Assembly (NCBI GenBank): GCA_963817895.1
Contig: CAWFQB010000004.1
Coordinates: 32,001-96,000 of the forward strand
Direction of reading: 5' to 3'
Origin: an uncultured Chthonomonadaceae bacterium
Lineage (GTDB): Bacteria; Armatimonadota; Chthonomonadetes; Chthonomonadales; Chthonomonadaceae
DNA length: 64,000 bases
Shown here: piece by piece, positions 51,491 to 61,479 of the stretch
Layout of the letters: each line of letters opens with the position of its first letter
Position numbering within the stretch: the stretch's first letter is position 1
Notes under the pieces: model-generated
Database searches by the model: none
Seen by the model: only the letters and a program-made list of their open reading frames with translations
What the model was told of the DNA's origin: nothing
Position numbers and translations under genes: made by a program

Positions 51491-52816
51491 TCAGGCTGCC
51501 ACGCGAAGCAGTTCTGCCATCACTATATGGCCTTGTGCAATGGCCCGCTCCTCTGGCGTTTTCTGATCAATGTCCTGCACATGGACATCAGCCCCGGCAC
51601 CAAGCAACAATTGCGCAATGGCTACTAAGTCCGTTTCTGCCGCGACATGCAGAGGTGTCATGTGCCAGTGGTCAATGCACATAGCGGCAGATTTGTCCTG
51701 TTGCAGTAGTGCTTTAAGCCTATCAGCATCACCATCAAGAACCGCGCGAAATACGGGTATAATACGCCGTGAGGCTCTTGTAAGCAAACGCACCTGTGGT
51801 CGTGACATGGCTTCTTCATAGGTTGTCAAGCCTCTGGGCGCAAAATCCTTGATAGCCACCTCCAATGGCGAACGTCCATGAAAATCTCGTATTGAGATGT
51901 CAGCGCCCGCCGTCAGCAAAATGTCTATAATTTGCGCCTGCCGCTTAATGCGCTCATCCTCATCCGACTTGTCGCCACCAATTGGTGACACTCCCGAATG
52001 AACGCCATACCATTTTCCATTATCCCAGCCAATGTTTGAGGCAGCCAAGTGCAACGGTGCGCGCGATAGACTATCCTGAGCATTAACCCACGCACCTGCA
52101 TCAATCAATGCCTGAACAGTTGACGGACTATAACTAAGTGCCGCATTATGCAACGGAGTTTCTTCAAAGAAGCATCTAGCCGCGAGATTGGCTCCATATC
52201 CAATCAAACATTCTACAATCTCCGAATGGCCTGTTGTTGCTGCCAGGCTAAGAGCAGTCTTGTAACCCTGCTTGGTTTGCTCAGTGCGCGCACCCATCTC
52301 AAGGAGGACGCGCACCACTTCTACTCGTTTGTTAAAAATCGCGACCAGAAGCGGTGTCGGATAAACACTATCATTGGCTACGGAATTGACCAACTCAGGT
52401 TGTTGTTGAAGCAGTTGTCTAAGGATTTCGACTTTACCCAACCCTGCGGCTTGATATACAGCCTCAATCTCTCTTTGTTGACGTGCCGCAGTCTCACGTA
52501 TAGTCCGCATCTGTGTGGATGCCACTTCTTCTGCGCCTGCTAGGACGCCCGTTATTTCTGTGTTGCCATGATACACTCTAGCCCAATACCAGGGGGCATA
52601 TCCACGTCTATCGCAGGCGTACACATCTGCTCCTCTCGATAATAGTAATCTTGCTACATCCGCGTGTCCGCCTGCCGCTGCCCAATGGAGTGCTGTCCAA
52701 CCGTCGTTTCCGGGCCGATTGAGGCATTCAGCATCTTCAATCAGCAGGCGCTCCACTTCCGCCACGTCGCCTTGCTCGGCTGCACGATAGATAGTCTTCT
52801 CGTCAAAAATACCCAT
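51491..52816 (-). CDS. Cytoplasmic ankyrin-repeat protein
   Basis: Multiple GxTALHxAA and TPLHxAA repeats. Confidence 0.92.
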   Translation of the reverse strand: MGIFDEKTIYRAAEQGDVAEVERLLIEDAECLNRPGNDGWTALHWAAAGGHADVARLLLSRGADVYACDRRGYAPWYWARVYHGNTEITGVLAGAEEVASTQMRTIRETAARQQREIEAVYQAAGLGKVEILRQLLQQQPELVNSVANDSVYPTPLLVAIFNKRVEVVRVLLEMGARTEQTKQGYKTALSLAATTGHSEIVECLIGYGANLAARCFFEETPLHNAALSYSPSTVQALIDAGAWVNAQDSLSRAPLHLAASNIGWDNGKWYGVHSGVSPIGGDKSDEDERIKRQAQIIDILLTAGADISIRDFHGRSPLEVAIKDFAPRGLTTYEEAMSRPQVRLLTRASRRIIPVFRAVLDGDADRLKALLQQDKSAAMCIDHWHMTPLHVAAETDLVAIAQLLLGAGADVHVQDIDQKTPEERAIAQGHIVMAELLRVAA

Positions 52817-52947
52817 GCCTCTCCTCCAATACCGGTCGTCGTGAAGCAAACATTTTCACTTAAAAATATACCATGTTTTCACTTGTAAACCTATTGAGGA
52901 CTACAAACTTGCGATAATGGCACACTCCCTTTGAATGGATTGTGCTA

Positions 52948-53232
52948 ATGCCGCGTGGCGCTCCCAGATTACGTGCAGGTGATGGAAAAAAGAACCAAGT
53001 GGGTTTGCGTGTGCGGCAACGCCGGGCGGAACTGCAACTCACTCAAGACGCCGTAAGCGCACACTTGGCAACGGCAACCGATGGAGAGTGGAGCCCCACT
53101 TTGCAAGAGATACTACACATCGAAAATGGTAGCCGCATTGTATCCGATGTTGAAGTGGTTGCTCTGGCACGCGCATTAAAGTGTGATGCGTGCTGGCTCC
53201 TGGTAGGAAACGTGGATAGAACAAACGCTTGA
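52948..53232 (+). CDS. XRE-family HTH regulator
   Basis: NQVGLRVRQRR..L.LTQ...IENGSRIVSD.E...LARAL. Confidence 0.88.
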   Translation: MPRGAPRLRAGDGKKNQVGLRVRQRRAELQLTQDAVSAHLATATDGEWSPTLQEILHIENGSRIVSDVEVVALARALKCDACWLLVGNVDRTNA

Positions 53233-53274
53233 TTGCCCGTATGAAATGTTTTTCACACGGGCAATCAAGCGTTT
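53223..53274. terminator. Long hairpin over the XRE stop codon
   Basis: aaacgcttgattgcccgt-atgaaa-tgtt-tttcac-acgggcaatcaagcgttt. Confidence 0.7.
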
Positions 53275-53537
53275 AATGAAGTATTAACCACCTCAAACTT
53301 GTCGCTCCTGCTCGAAGCAAATTATTTTCTCTATTTAATCGGTTGCAGAATCCATTATGGAAAGCGACATTCCACATTACTCCTCCATTTTCACAGGTGT
53401 ACTTGCTGGTTTCCACAGCATCCTTGCGGGATTTTGCAACGAGCAGGTAATCATACGATACGGAATGGTTTTCCAGTGACCAAAGATTGTTTTGCCGCTG
53501 TATTAGCGGCAAATCTAAATCTCGTCATCGGAAGTTT

Positions 53538-55502
53538 ATGGATACCAATCTTGAATTCGATCAGAACATTTTCACCTGTCACACCTTGCCGCTCGCGGGC
53601 TACCTTGAACCAGAAGGTTATGCGGAGATCGCTCCCAAAAAGAAGGTGGGGGCTGCTGACTACGAGCGTTTGGTGCCGAAGACAACCAACATCGCGCGTG
53701 CGATGTTTTCAGCGCTTCCTCAGCGTGATCGGTGGGGACGGCAGGTATATGGAAGGATAGGAGGGCAGTGGGTAACGGAGGTAAGGGGCAAGTGGTATCC
53801 GGCGCGCAATGGCGCGAAGCGTCCCGGTAAACCCCTGACGGCTCACAACCTGCTGCGCTCTCTTGCCCGGCCCGGCGTGTTTGCTTTCGGGCGCACAGAT
53901 GCCCATGTCGAGGAGGTTGAGTTTCCTCGGTACCGGACTGAGGAGTTTCACACTACTCGCGTGGATTGTCTTTGTCTTGATGTGGATATGGATTTCGCTT
54001 GGGAGCGGCAGGACGCTGGAATGATCCATCACGAGATTGCCCGTGAGCGCGAGATTGCCCGCGCGTTGGGTTTGTCCTTTCGTGTTTTTCGTACAGGTTG
54101 CAGAGGGCATCAGGCGGTAATACCGCTCCCGTGTGCTGTTGACCGAAGTGTTGCGACTTGGCTGTTGCACACGTTCATCGTGCTTCTCGAACCGTACCAC
54201 CTTCGTGATGCTGCGGAGAATGGCAATTGCCTGCTTGCCAAAGCCGATGTCTCCAATCTGGAAAAGATCGTCCGTCTCGCAGGTGGCAGGCATATCAGAA
54301 CGGGCAGGCTTGCTTTATGGATTGATCCCGACAGTGGACACCTCCACGACCTGGCACAACAAGGTGAATTGATGCGTCGAGGCTATCGGTATCCGGGAAA
54401 TGGGCAAGTCGTGCGCGAGGATTTCATTGCCGCCGCCGAGGAGATTGCGGCTTACCTTGAGTCCCAAATGGTGTTTCGCCACGAATGTCCTAAGATGCCT
54501 TTCCGCGCAAACATGTTCCATGTGGTAGTGAAAGCGTTACCGACGAATCTACTGGTGGAACGCTTCCTTTCGGCTCAAGACGAATGGGCATTGTCCGTGC
54601 CCTCTAAGCGTTTATCAAAGGTGAATACGCCTGGTGTTGGCACGATCCAAATGGCAGATCAGGCGAACGCTGGCGAGTGGCAGCAGGCACCGGAAGGCAT
54701 ACAGCAGTGGGCGGTTCGCGTTTGGGCCATGCAGTGGGGCGAGGGTACATTTTGGTCTTGGGTAAACGAGGGAGGCGAGCGGGCCATCACAGCCGCCAAA
54801 GTCCTGTTCGGCGATCAGGCACTCAGAAAACTGATCGAACGAACGTATAGCGCACCGCACCGAACATCAGGAGAACCGAATGAATGGCGCAGGGTGATCA
54901 ATGCTCTGTACCAGCGCCATGCGATGCTCGGATACAAAGTGCGGCTAAACCCTAACACCGTCTTCGGAAGCCTGTCGGATGACGAAGCCGCCTTGATTCC
55001 GACGATAATAGATGCGCTGAACGCACACAAGAAAATCCAGGCGCGCAACCGGGAGGACATCGAACACATCATCTACATCTTGCTGCTGGCGTTCAAGCAG
55101 TCTGTCGAAGGCTATATTGATCTTTCACAGGAGGCCATCCGAGACTCCATTCGTACCCGATGGCCTGATGCTAACATTGATGTCTCGACGATTTGGAGGC
55201 ATTTGCGCCGCCTGAAAGAAGGCGACCCTGCCTGCGGCTTTTCCCTATTACAATCAATCCAGGTGGATCGTTCGGGCCAAAATTACGCGGCTAGGTATCG
55301 TCCTGCCCCAGACCTGCGCAAAACACCGTTTGGCGCGACACTGCCTGTTGACGCTTGCGAGGATGCTCCAGAGCGTACGTCAGGCCGATTAGAGATGGAG
55401 ATCATATCGCGTGTCACAGGCAAGATCGAAACCATTGATCTCACTCCTAAACAACGAGGACGCAGGCGAAAACAACAAAGTCAAGAGGAACACACACAGT
55501 AA
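53538..55502 (+). CDS. Putative AEP-like primase/replication protein
   Basis: LCLDVD, FRTGCRGHQ and VRLAGGRH resemble AEP motifs I-III; C-terminal HTH-like LSQEAI...STIWRHLRRL. Confidence 0.6.
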   Translation: MDTNLEFDQNIFTCHTLPLAGYLEPEGYAEIAPKKKVGAADYERLVPKTTNIARAMFSALPQRDRWGRQVYGRIGGQWVTEVRGKWYPARNGAKRPGKPLTAHNLLRSLARPGVFAFGRTDAHVEEVEFPRYRTEEFHTTRVDCLCLDVDMDFAWERQDAGMIHHEIAREREIARALGLSFRVFRTGCRGHQAVIPLPCAVDRSVATWLLHTFIVLLEPYHLRDAAENGNCLLAKADVSNLEKIVRLAGGRHIRTGRLALWIDPDSGHLHDLAQQGELMRRGYRYPGNGQVVREDFIAAAEEIAAYLESQMVFRHECPKMPFRANMFHVVVKALPTNLLVERFLSAQDEWALSVPSKRLSKVNTPGVGTIQMADQANAGEWQQAPEGIQQWAVRVWAMQWGEGTFWSWVNEGGERAITAAKVLFGDQALRKLIERTYSAPHRTSGEPNEWRRVINALYQRHAMLGYKVRLNPNTVFGSLSDDEAALIPTIIDALNAHKKIQARNREDIEHIIYILLLAFKQSVEGYIDLSQEAIRDSIRTRWPDANIDVSTIWRHLRRLKEGDPACGFSLLQSIQVDRSGQNYAARYRPAPDLRKTPFGATLPVDACEDAPERTSGRLEMEIISRVTGKIETIDLTPKQRGRRRKQQSQEEHTQ

Positions 55503-55530
55503 TAAGGTAATTCACTTTTATGGGGAGGTG

Positions 55531-55720
55531 TCAATCTGTGATGGCCTTAATGAAACCATCCCGCACATCCACATAGTAGACGATAGTAATTCGTGCCGCC
55601 ATGTCATCGGAAAGATCGTTTAACTGACGGCGCGCGCTGACTGGAAACAGGATAGTTTGTGCGCCTTTTTCGACCGCCAGTTCCGTCACCGCTATGGCAT
55701 TGTGGATCGGCTCAAAGCAA
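55531..55720 (-). pseudogene. brxL: C-terminal remnant of a BrxL (BREX Lon-like) gene
   Basis: EPIHNAIAVTELAVEKGAQTILFPVSARRQLNDLSDDMA...YY.D..D...KA. Confidence 0.7.
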
Positions 55721-55825
55721 TAGCCCATACTCATGTGCTGACAACCACGAACACCAAAACTATCCTGATACCAAAACAATTCCATGTCTGACCTTGACAT
55801 TTTATCTGTAAGATCAACTCTTATC

Positions 55826-58800
55826 TTATTCACTAAACCGGAGTTTCGCAGTTGCTTTGGCAAGAATGGCATTCAGTTTCGTGGCAGATTCAGCGGCTTG
55901 ATCGCCTTCAGCACTAATGGAAACCTCAAAGGCAAATGTTAATGTGGGCGCTTCCGCGGTTAGTTCGCTAAGTATGTCGCTGATTTTGCTGAACTCCAGC
56001 GCACTGATCGTGGCTCCTGCGATGATCGTGTTGGAAGGAGTGGGTAGTGGAAGCGCCCCCCCTGTGCCTGTACCTGTACTTGCATTGGTTTTCAATTCAA
56101 GAGTTACCTGGCCCGCTTTATTGGGGGCGCAAGGCCACGAATTGGCGTCCACTACGGTAAATATTCCCCGCTGTCTGCCGGTATCCACCGCACCTCGCAA
56201 GAGAGACCAGGGAACTGCATAACCACGCTTCTGGTTGATGCCCTGCCAGATTTGTTCCAACGACGCCTGCTTGTCCTGCCAGACATATCCCAGTGCATCC
56301 GGCATAAGGTCTTCAGGTTTGAGGGCATCCGGGGGGGCGAGTAGTTCCAACTCGTCCACCAGTGCTTCAGCAAGCATGAGTTCCCTGTAATAGGAGCGTG
56401 ATGGAGTGCGCGCCCAAAGAATGCCCAGTTGAACGGCATTGGCAACGGCGGTCGTGAGTACATTCGGCAGTAGTTTGGGCGCACGCTTGCCATCGAAATA
56501 GGCTGCCAATTCGCCCATCAAAAGGGGTTCCGATGCAGATTTCCAGAGATTGGGCAGCCCTTCCGGTGCCAAGAGAACAGCATCCAATTCTGTCAATTCA
56601 ACATCGGCAAGTGGTAAAACTTCCAGTTCCGGGCGGGCCAGTTCCTCATTGTTGGGACGCACGCGCCAGAGGGTGCGAAATGTTTTGTCAGGGCGCAGCA
56701 GTCGCAGTACGAGCGCGCCCTCTTTGCAACCAACGGCAAGCGTGTTGCGAAATATCTGCGCGGAGAGAAATCGAGGCAGGCGTGGGAACTGTGCAAAGGC
56801 TTTAACCATGTCTTGCGCCTTTTTTGCAGTTTCTCCCGGTGCCCACAATTCGTAGTAACTGTCGGGCAGTAGCAATTCGGCGGCAAGTTCGCCTGTGATC
56901 AGACGATCCTCTCCATTCAGCATGGCTTTGATGCGCGCGAAGGGGCGCGTGTCCTCAATGCCGAGTGTATCTGCGCTTTTGAGAGATTGCGCACGTACGT
57001 TCCCGTCCTCGTCCATATCTAAGACGACGCCATACGTGGCGCGCACATAACTCGGCATATTGTCTTCCGCCGCCTTTTTGCGCTCCGCAAGCGTTTTCTT
57101 CTGCGCAGGCGTCAGGCTTTTTCCAGTCTCGCTGCTTTCCACGCGCTGCCACGCCAGATACTCCACGACACTACGGCGCAATGGGATCAGGCGCGTGGCA
57201 TCCGGGGCCAGGGCAACAAGCGCGTTTTTATAGGTACGCGGGGTTTGCGCCGCGCCGCGCGTGTCGAAAATGGCAGCAACGGCAGACGGAATGAAGGGCG
57301 GCGAGGTATCGAGGCGTACGGCGCAATCAGTGTTCAAGACAAGATAGCGCAATTCGGGCGTGTCCCCATCTACATCTTTGGGGCCTTGCGGTAATCGGTG
57401 TACTATCACGCCTACGTCTGCGCCGCCCTGTCCGCCGTCCACAGCAGACAAATCCTTAACCTTGTTAATCTGTGCGAACAGTTCGTCGTTAATGGTGTTC
57501 TGGTTCTTCTCGACCTCCTGCATCTGGTTGACGTGGATGTGGGTCAGGTTGGGCTGCGTGGTGATACGCCAGATGTTTGGCTCCTCAGTCAAAAACCAGG
57601 ATAGATTACGCCAGTCTTCAAGTCCCGTTTCCAATGCCGCCATGTCCACGCCCGGATGCACGAGCAGGGCATATAGATCGGAGTTTTCGGCTTTGTAGGT
57701 TTGGGGCTGGCAGTGCAGAAAGGTTGCTAGAACGGCCTGTTCAATCTCACGCTGCGTCAGGGCTTTGGCTTTATCCTGCGCCTCGCGTGCCCGATCCATC
57801 TCCTCATTCAGTTTCGTTGTCCACACATCCTGACCATCAGAACAGATGCGCGCCATTTCCGATATAATGGACGGCAGGAGTTTATCCGGGCCGAGGAACG
57901 CATGAATGCCTGCAACTGGCGAAGGATCGTTTCCATTGCTTTGCTGTAAGGCTTGGGCCAGCAGACGCAGCGCACCGCGCGTACGCTGAAAGCGCGGCAG
58001 TTCCGTCCATTTCGCATAAAACACTTCCAGCACATCGGGATGAAATGGATAGGATTTCAGATGGCGCTGATAGGCGGCATTGTCGGTTTGCCCTTGTCTC
58101 AACTGTTTGCAATTATTATAAGCGGCGAAAACGGCGTCAATGATCGGGCGGCGCTCGTTTTCATTCGGAACATATTCAAACAGACGACGGCGCAGCACTT
58201 CCGCCAGGTCATCACGGCCCACAGGATCGTTGGTGGTGGCGAGGCGTCCGAAGACATCTTCCAGCGCGCGCAGCACACGCGCTCCCGTTACGTCATCGGC
58301 CTCGTTTTCGGAGGCAAGCAGGGTGGCAACGATGCACGCGCGCGGCGTGGCGGCGACCGCCTGCGTTAAAACCTGAAAAAAATCTTTGAGCGTTCCCAAG
58401 TTCTTGTCGTTGGCATTGACCGCTTTGCGGCAATAGATCACGGCCTCATCCACGAGGATCAGGGTGGCTTTGCCTTCGGCTTGCGGGGCTCCCAACAGTT
58501 CTTTCAACAGCGGCTCCGCAGGCGGCTCATAGTTTTCCTCGTGCTGCTGCACTTTCGCGTAGCCTGCATCGCCTGCCAGTTGGTAGGCCAACGCGCCCCA
58601 CGGCGTTTTTACACGGCGGGGCGTTCCATCCGGGCCGATAACCTCGAAGCCTTCCAGATACCCAAAATCGTCCAGGGGGAGCAAGGCTACGCGGGCCGAG
58701 GGCATCGTGGGCAATCCGGTGCTCGCGACAAACTCCTTCACAGTCGGGTTTGCGGCTACTTCCTCGGCGCGCTCGGCAAGGTGCAATAGCGTGATCAAGG

Positions 58801-59077
58801 CATGGGTTTTGCCTCCGCCATAGGATACTTGTAAGCGCACGACCGGCTTTCCACCTTTATCCGCAAGTCTCTGAAAGACATCGCGGACGAGTTCCTTCAT
58901 CCGAAGCGTGGGGAATGTACGGGAGAAGAATTTCTCTGGGGCACGGTATACCTCTGGCGTATTGCCGCCGATGCGTACGCCGTTGAGTTTGGCGGCGAAA
59001 TCGGCCTCTTGGAGTGTGCCGGTTTTTACGTCTTCGCGGAGTTTACAAAGGGAGTGCCAGGTGGGTGCAATGGGCAT
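55826..59077 (-). CDS. DUF499 AAA+ ATPase
   Basis: FFSRTFPT, Walker A YGGGKTH, LILVDE, YPFHP and FQRTRGALRLLA motifs. Confidence 0.92.
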   Translation of the reverse strand: MPIAPTWHSLCKLREDVKTGTLQEADFAAKLNGVRIGGNTPEVYRAPEKFFSRTFPTLRMKELVRDVFQRLADKGGKPVVRLQVSYGGGKTHALITLLHLAERAEEVAANPTVKEFVASTGLPTMPSARVALLPLDDFGYLEGFEVIGPDGTPRRVKTPWGALAYQLAGDAGYAKVQQHEENYEPPAEPLLKELLGAPQAEGKATLILVDEAVIYCRKAVNANDKNLGTLKDFFQVLTQAVAATPRACIVATLLASENEADDVTGARVLRALEDVFGRLATTNDPVGRDDLAEVLRRRLFEYVPNENERRPIIDAVFAAYNNCKQLRQGQTDNAAYQRHLKSYPFHPDVLEVFYAKWTELPRFQRTRGALRLLAQALQQSNGNDPSPVAGIHAFLGPDKLLPSIISEMARICSDGQDVWTTKLNEEMDRAREAQDKAKALTQREIEQAVLATFLHCQPQTYKAENSDLYALLVHPGVDMAALETGLEDWRNLSWFLTEEPNIWRITTQPNLTHIHVNQMQEVEKNQNTINDELFAQINKVKDLSAVDGGQGGADVGVIVHRLPQGPKDVDGDTPELRYLVLNTDCAVRLDTSPPFIPSAVAAIFDTRGAAQTPRTYKNALVALAPDATRLIPLRRSVVEYLAWQRVESSETGKSLTPAQKKTLAERKKAAEDNMPSYVRATYGVVLDMDEDGNVRAQSLKSADTLGIEDTRPFARIKAMLNGEDRLITGELAAELLLPDSYYELWAPGETAKKAQDMVKAFAQFPRLPRFLSAQIFRNTLAVGCKEGALVLRLLRPDKTFRTLWRVRPNNEELARPELEVLPLADVELTELDAVLLAPEGLPNLWKSASEPLLMGELAAYFDGKRAPKLLPNVLTTAVANAVQLGILWARTPSRSYYRELMLAEALVDELELLAPPDALKPEDLMPDALGYVWQDKQASLEQIWQGINQKRGYAVPWSLLRGAVDTGRQRGIFTVVDANSWPCAPNKAGQVTLELKTNASTGTGTGGALPLPTPSNTIIAGATISALEFSKISDILSELTAEAPTLTFAFEVSISAEGDQAAESATKLNAILAKATAKLRFSE

Positions 59078-59123
59078 TATTTTTCTCGATAGACTTGATT
59101 TACCGGCATAACCCGGCAGGGAG

Positions 59124-60072
59124 TTATTCTGGTGTCTGATGTCGTTCAAAGAATGGCTGCCACTCTGCCAAGTCGAAATGACCAGGCGGTGGCAATGGGG
59201 CATGACGAACGGGCGTCATCTCGGTATAGAGTTCATCGGTAGCGTACTTATATTCCGCAAACGCATAGAAAACGCCGTTTGGAGCCAACAGATCAAGCGT
59301 TCGTTCGTACCAGGCTACATAGGCCGGATCAGGGCCGTATCCAACAGCGGCAATCACAGGATAATGCCGAATGTACTGTTTTGCGAGTGCGTACGGGGAC
59401 ATGAACCATGTTTCCGGGTTCTCAAAAGCGCGTTGTTCCTTGCCACTTGTATAGAAATGCACCGAACTATCCTGTCCAAGCAGTTGTACGATACCATCGG
59501 GCAACTCAAACGCTAGTGCGTCAGATGTCTGCTCACGGCTCGCGTGTATCCATGCCGCGGGCGCAATCATACATCGCCATGTTCCCAAACCGGAAACGTA
59601 GGCACAGGCGCGCAGGCGCTCGAACCCCATACGGTGCAACTCGCGCACCATCAACAACACGTTCCTATATGGGGAAACGCACAGCGTTTCCGCTGTCGCA
59701 AGCATCGCCAGATCGCGCTGGCGTGTTGTCACGCTTGCGGAGTTCTGAATACGCGCGCGGGCCTCATTAGAAGTCATACCACCGCAGTGCTGCCGTATCG
59801 GAATGCACATCGCACGCGCAATCGCGGATCAGACCAGCAAAATACCAACTGACGCTATTCGGCGTAATCCAGACATTGCCAACAGGATAGGCGCTGACGC
59901 TTGCCTGTCCAACCTGCTCTTGCAGGCACCGAATAAGCGCGGCGGATGGCCTTTCGCCTGGTATCCTCTTGACCTTGCTGAATGTAGCGCTAACACTATA
60001 GGGATGGCCCCGTGGTTCAGCGACAAGGAATTGTCCTGCCTGGTTGACGGGAACAAAACCAATGTGTGTCAC
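59124..60072 (-). CDS. Hypothetical protein with a degenerate NUDIX-like N-domain and an unknown C-domain; frameshift near 59775
   Basis: Two overlapping ORFs; GE.PS.A..R.L.EQ.G resembles a decayed Nudix box; VRELHRMGFERLR...WRC. Confidence 0.5.
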
Positions 60073-60120
60073 GCCCGCAGGTACAATCGTATCTATGGGT
60101 TCCTGTCAGTCCCTCTGGGA

Positions 60121-61473
60121 TCATCTGTCCTCCAATGGAGGCTTCGCCGTCAGATCACAGTCGCCTTCCACGGTGATGATGGGCGGATCAACATTCTGGT
60201 ATTGCCTGTGGCGTCGCCCGCGGAACTTTACATGAAGCATATTACCATCGCGCGGCCCCAATGTGAGTTCAAGAACATGCTCAACCGTTCCGCTGGTTTT
60301 CAGATTAAATATCGCCCACAGACGCGCCAATGGTAAGAAAATTTCCTCTTGATCGCGCATTCGCTCCCATATCTCCGGGAAGATGCTGCCCACCACCTTG
60401 AGACGCCCGCTAAGTCCTCGCACTGTAGTCAGCAGCAGCAGATCATTCGGATCAGTACGGTTTTGCGTACTCTTAGAGGGTAACTCGTTTAGCAACAACA
60501 GCCGCGCGCGCAGGGTGGCTATATCGTCCGCAGAGTAACCATTGATGCCGATTTCGTTAAACATGCCGGATGACACATCTTGCGGTTTCAAGACAATAGA
60601 CCACACCTTGCCGGAGGCATTGGCTATTGAGGTTGGGGGTTGTACCGTTGCGAAACCACCATCATTTTGAATGGCAAAAAGAAGCGGTTCGCTACGCTGG
60701 TATGGCTGCGCGCGCAACGATTTGACAAACGCATCATCTTCTGCACCATTAGAGGTTGTCTCGATTACAATGCTGCCGTCATCAGCATCTTTGATGCTTT
60801 CAGCAAGAAAAACTTTTTCATTCAGCAGAACCCACATGCCGGAACTGTTGACCTGTGCAGGAGAGGAGGGCCGGCAAACCATCTTGTCTTGTTGCGACGG
60901 ATCATGGGGCGGCTGCACCGGCGCAGGCGGGCTGGGTGGCTGAACGTTACGAGATGCGAGCCATTGCTGCACCTGTCGGTTAAACTTAGCACGAAAATCG
61001 GCAGTGTCGGTAAAGTCACCAATTAAGCCACGAGAAAAGAGTTCTTCACGGAACTGCATGACCTTAAACTTTTGCTCGGCTTCCTTCGCATTGGCGGGGT
61101 TGTAAGCCTCCTGCTTGAAATAAAACATAATGTCCGGCTTTCCGTGCTGCTCAAATGCTTTCACAGCCCGCTCGAACTCCTCCACAGTGCCAGACGCAGC
61201 ACGCGGCGTCTCGTAGCCAAATCGATTCCACATGATCGCCACAAAGAGATCATACTTAGTCATGTCACCAATTTCATCGTTAAGTTTCTCTTGTCCATCG
61301 CCCCCAAATGATGGGAATGAGTCAGTGTCCCAGCCAACGACATCGAAAATGATGTTTTTATCTCGTCCAACTGTGCGGTTGAGGTCTTCAATGACGGCGC
61401 GCATCGCTTCACGCTCGGCTTGCACGTCTCCAGGAGAGGCCAGAAATACGGTCAGTTTCTCAACGCTTGCCAT
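60121..61473 (-). CDS. DUF4062-domain protein
   Basis: VFLASPGDVQAERE, DLFVAIMWNRFG, SGTVEEFERA and IMFYF motifs. Confidence 0.85.
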   Translation of the reverse strand: MASVEKLTVFLASPGDVQAEREAMRAVIEDLNRTVGRDKNIIFDVVGWDTDSFPSFGGDGQEKLNDEIGDMTKYDLFVAIMWNRFGYETPRAASGTVEEFERAVKAFEQHGKPDIMFYFKQEAYNPANAKEAEQKFKVMQFREELFSRGLIGDFTDTADFRAKFNRQVQQWLASRNVQPPSPPAPVQPPHDPSQQDKMVCRPSSPAQVNSSGMWVLLNEKVFLAESIKDADDGSIVIETTSNGAEDDAFVKSLRAQPYQRSEPLLFAIQNDGGFATVQPPTSIANASGKVWSIVLKPQDVSSGMFNEIGINGYSADDIATLRARLLLLNELPSKSTQNRTDPNDLLLLTTVRGLSGRLKVVGSIFPEIWERMRDQEEIFLPLARLWAIFNLKTSGTVEHVLELTLGPRDGNMLHVKFRGRRHRQYQNVDPPIITVEGDCDLTAKPPLEDR

Positions 61474-61479
61474 TGTTTG

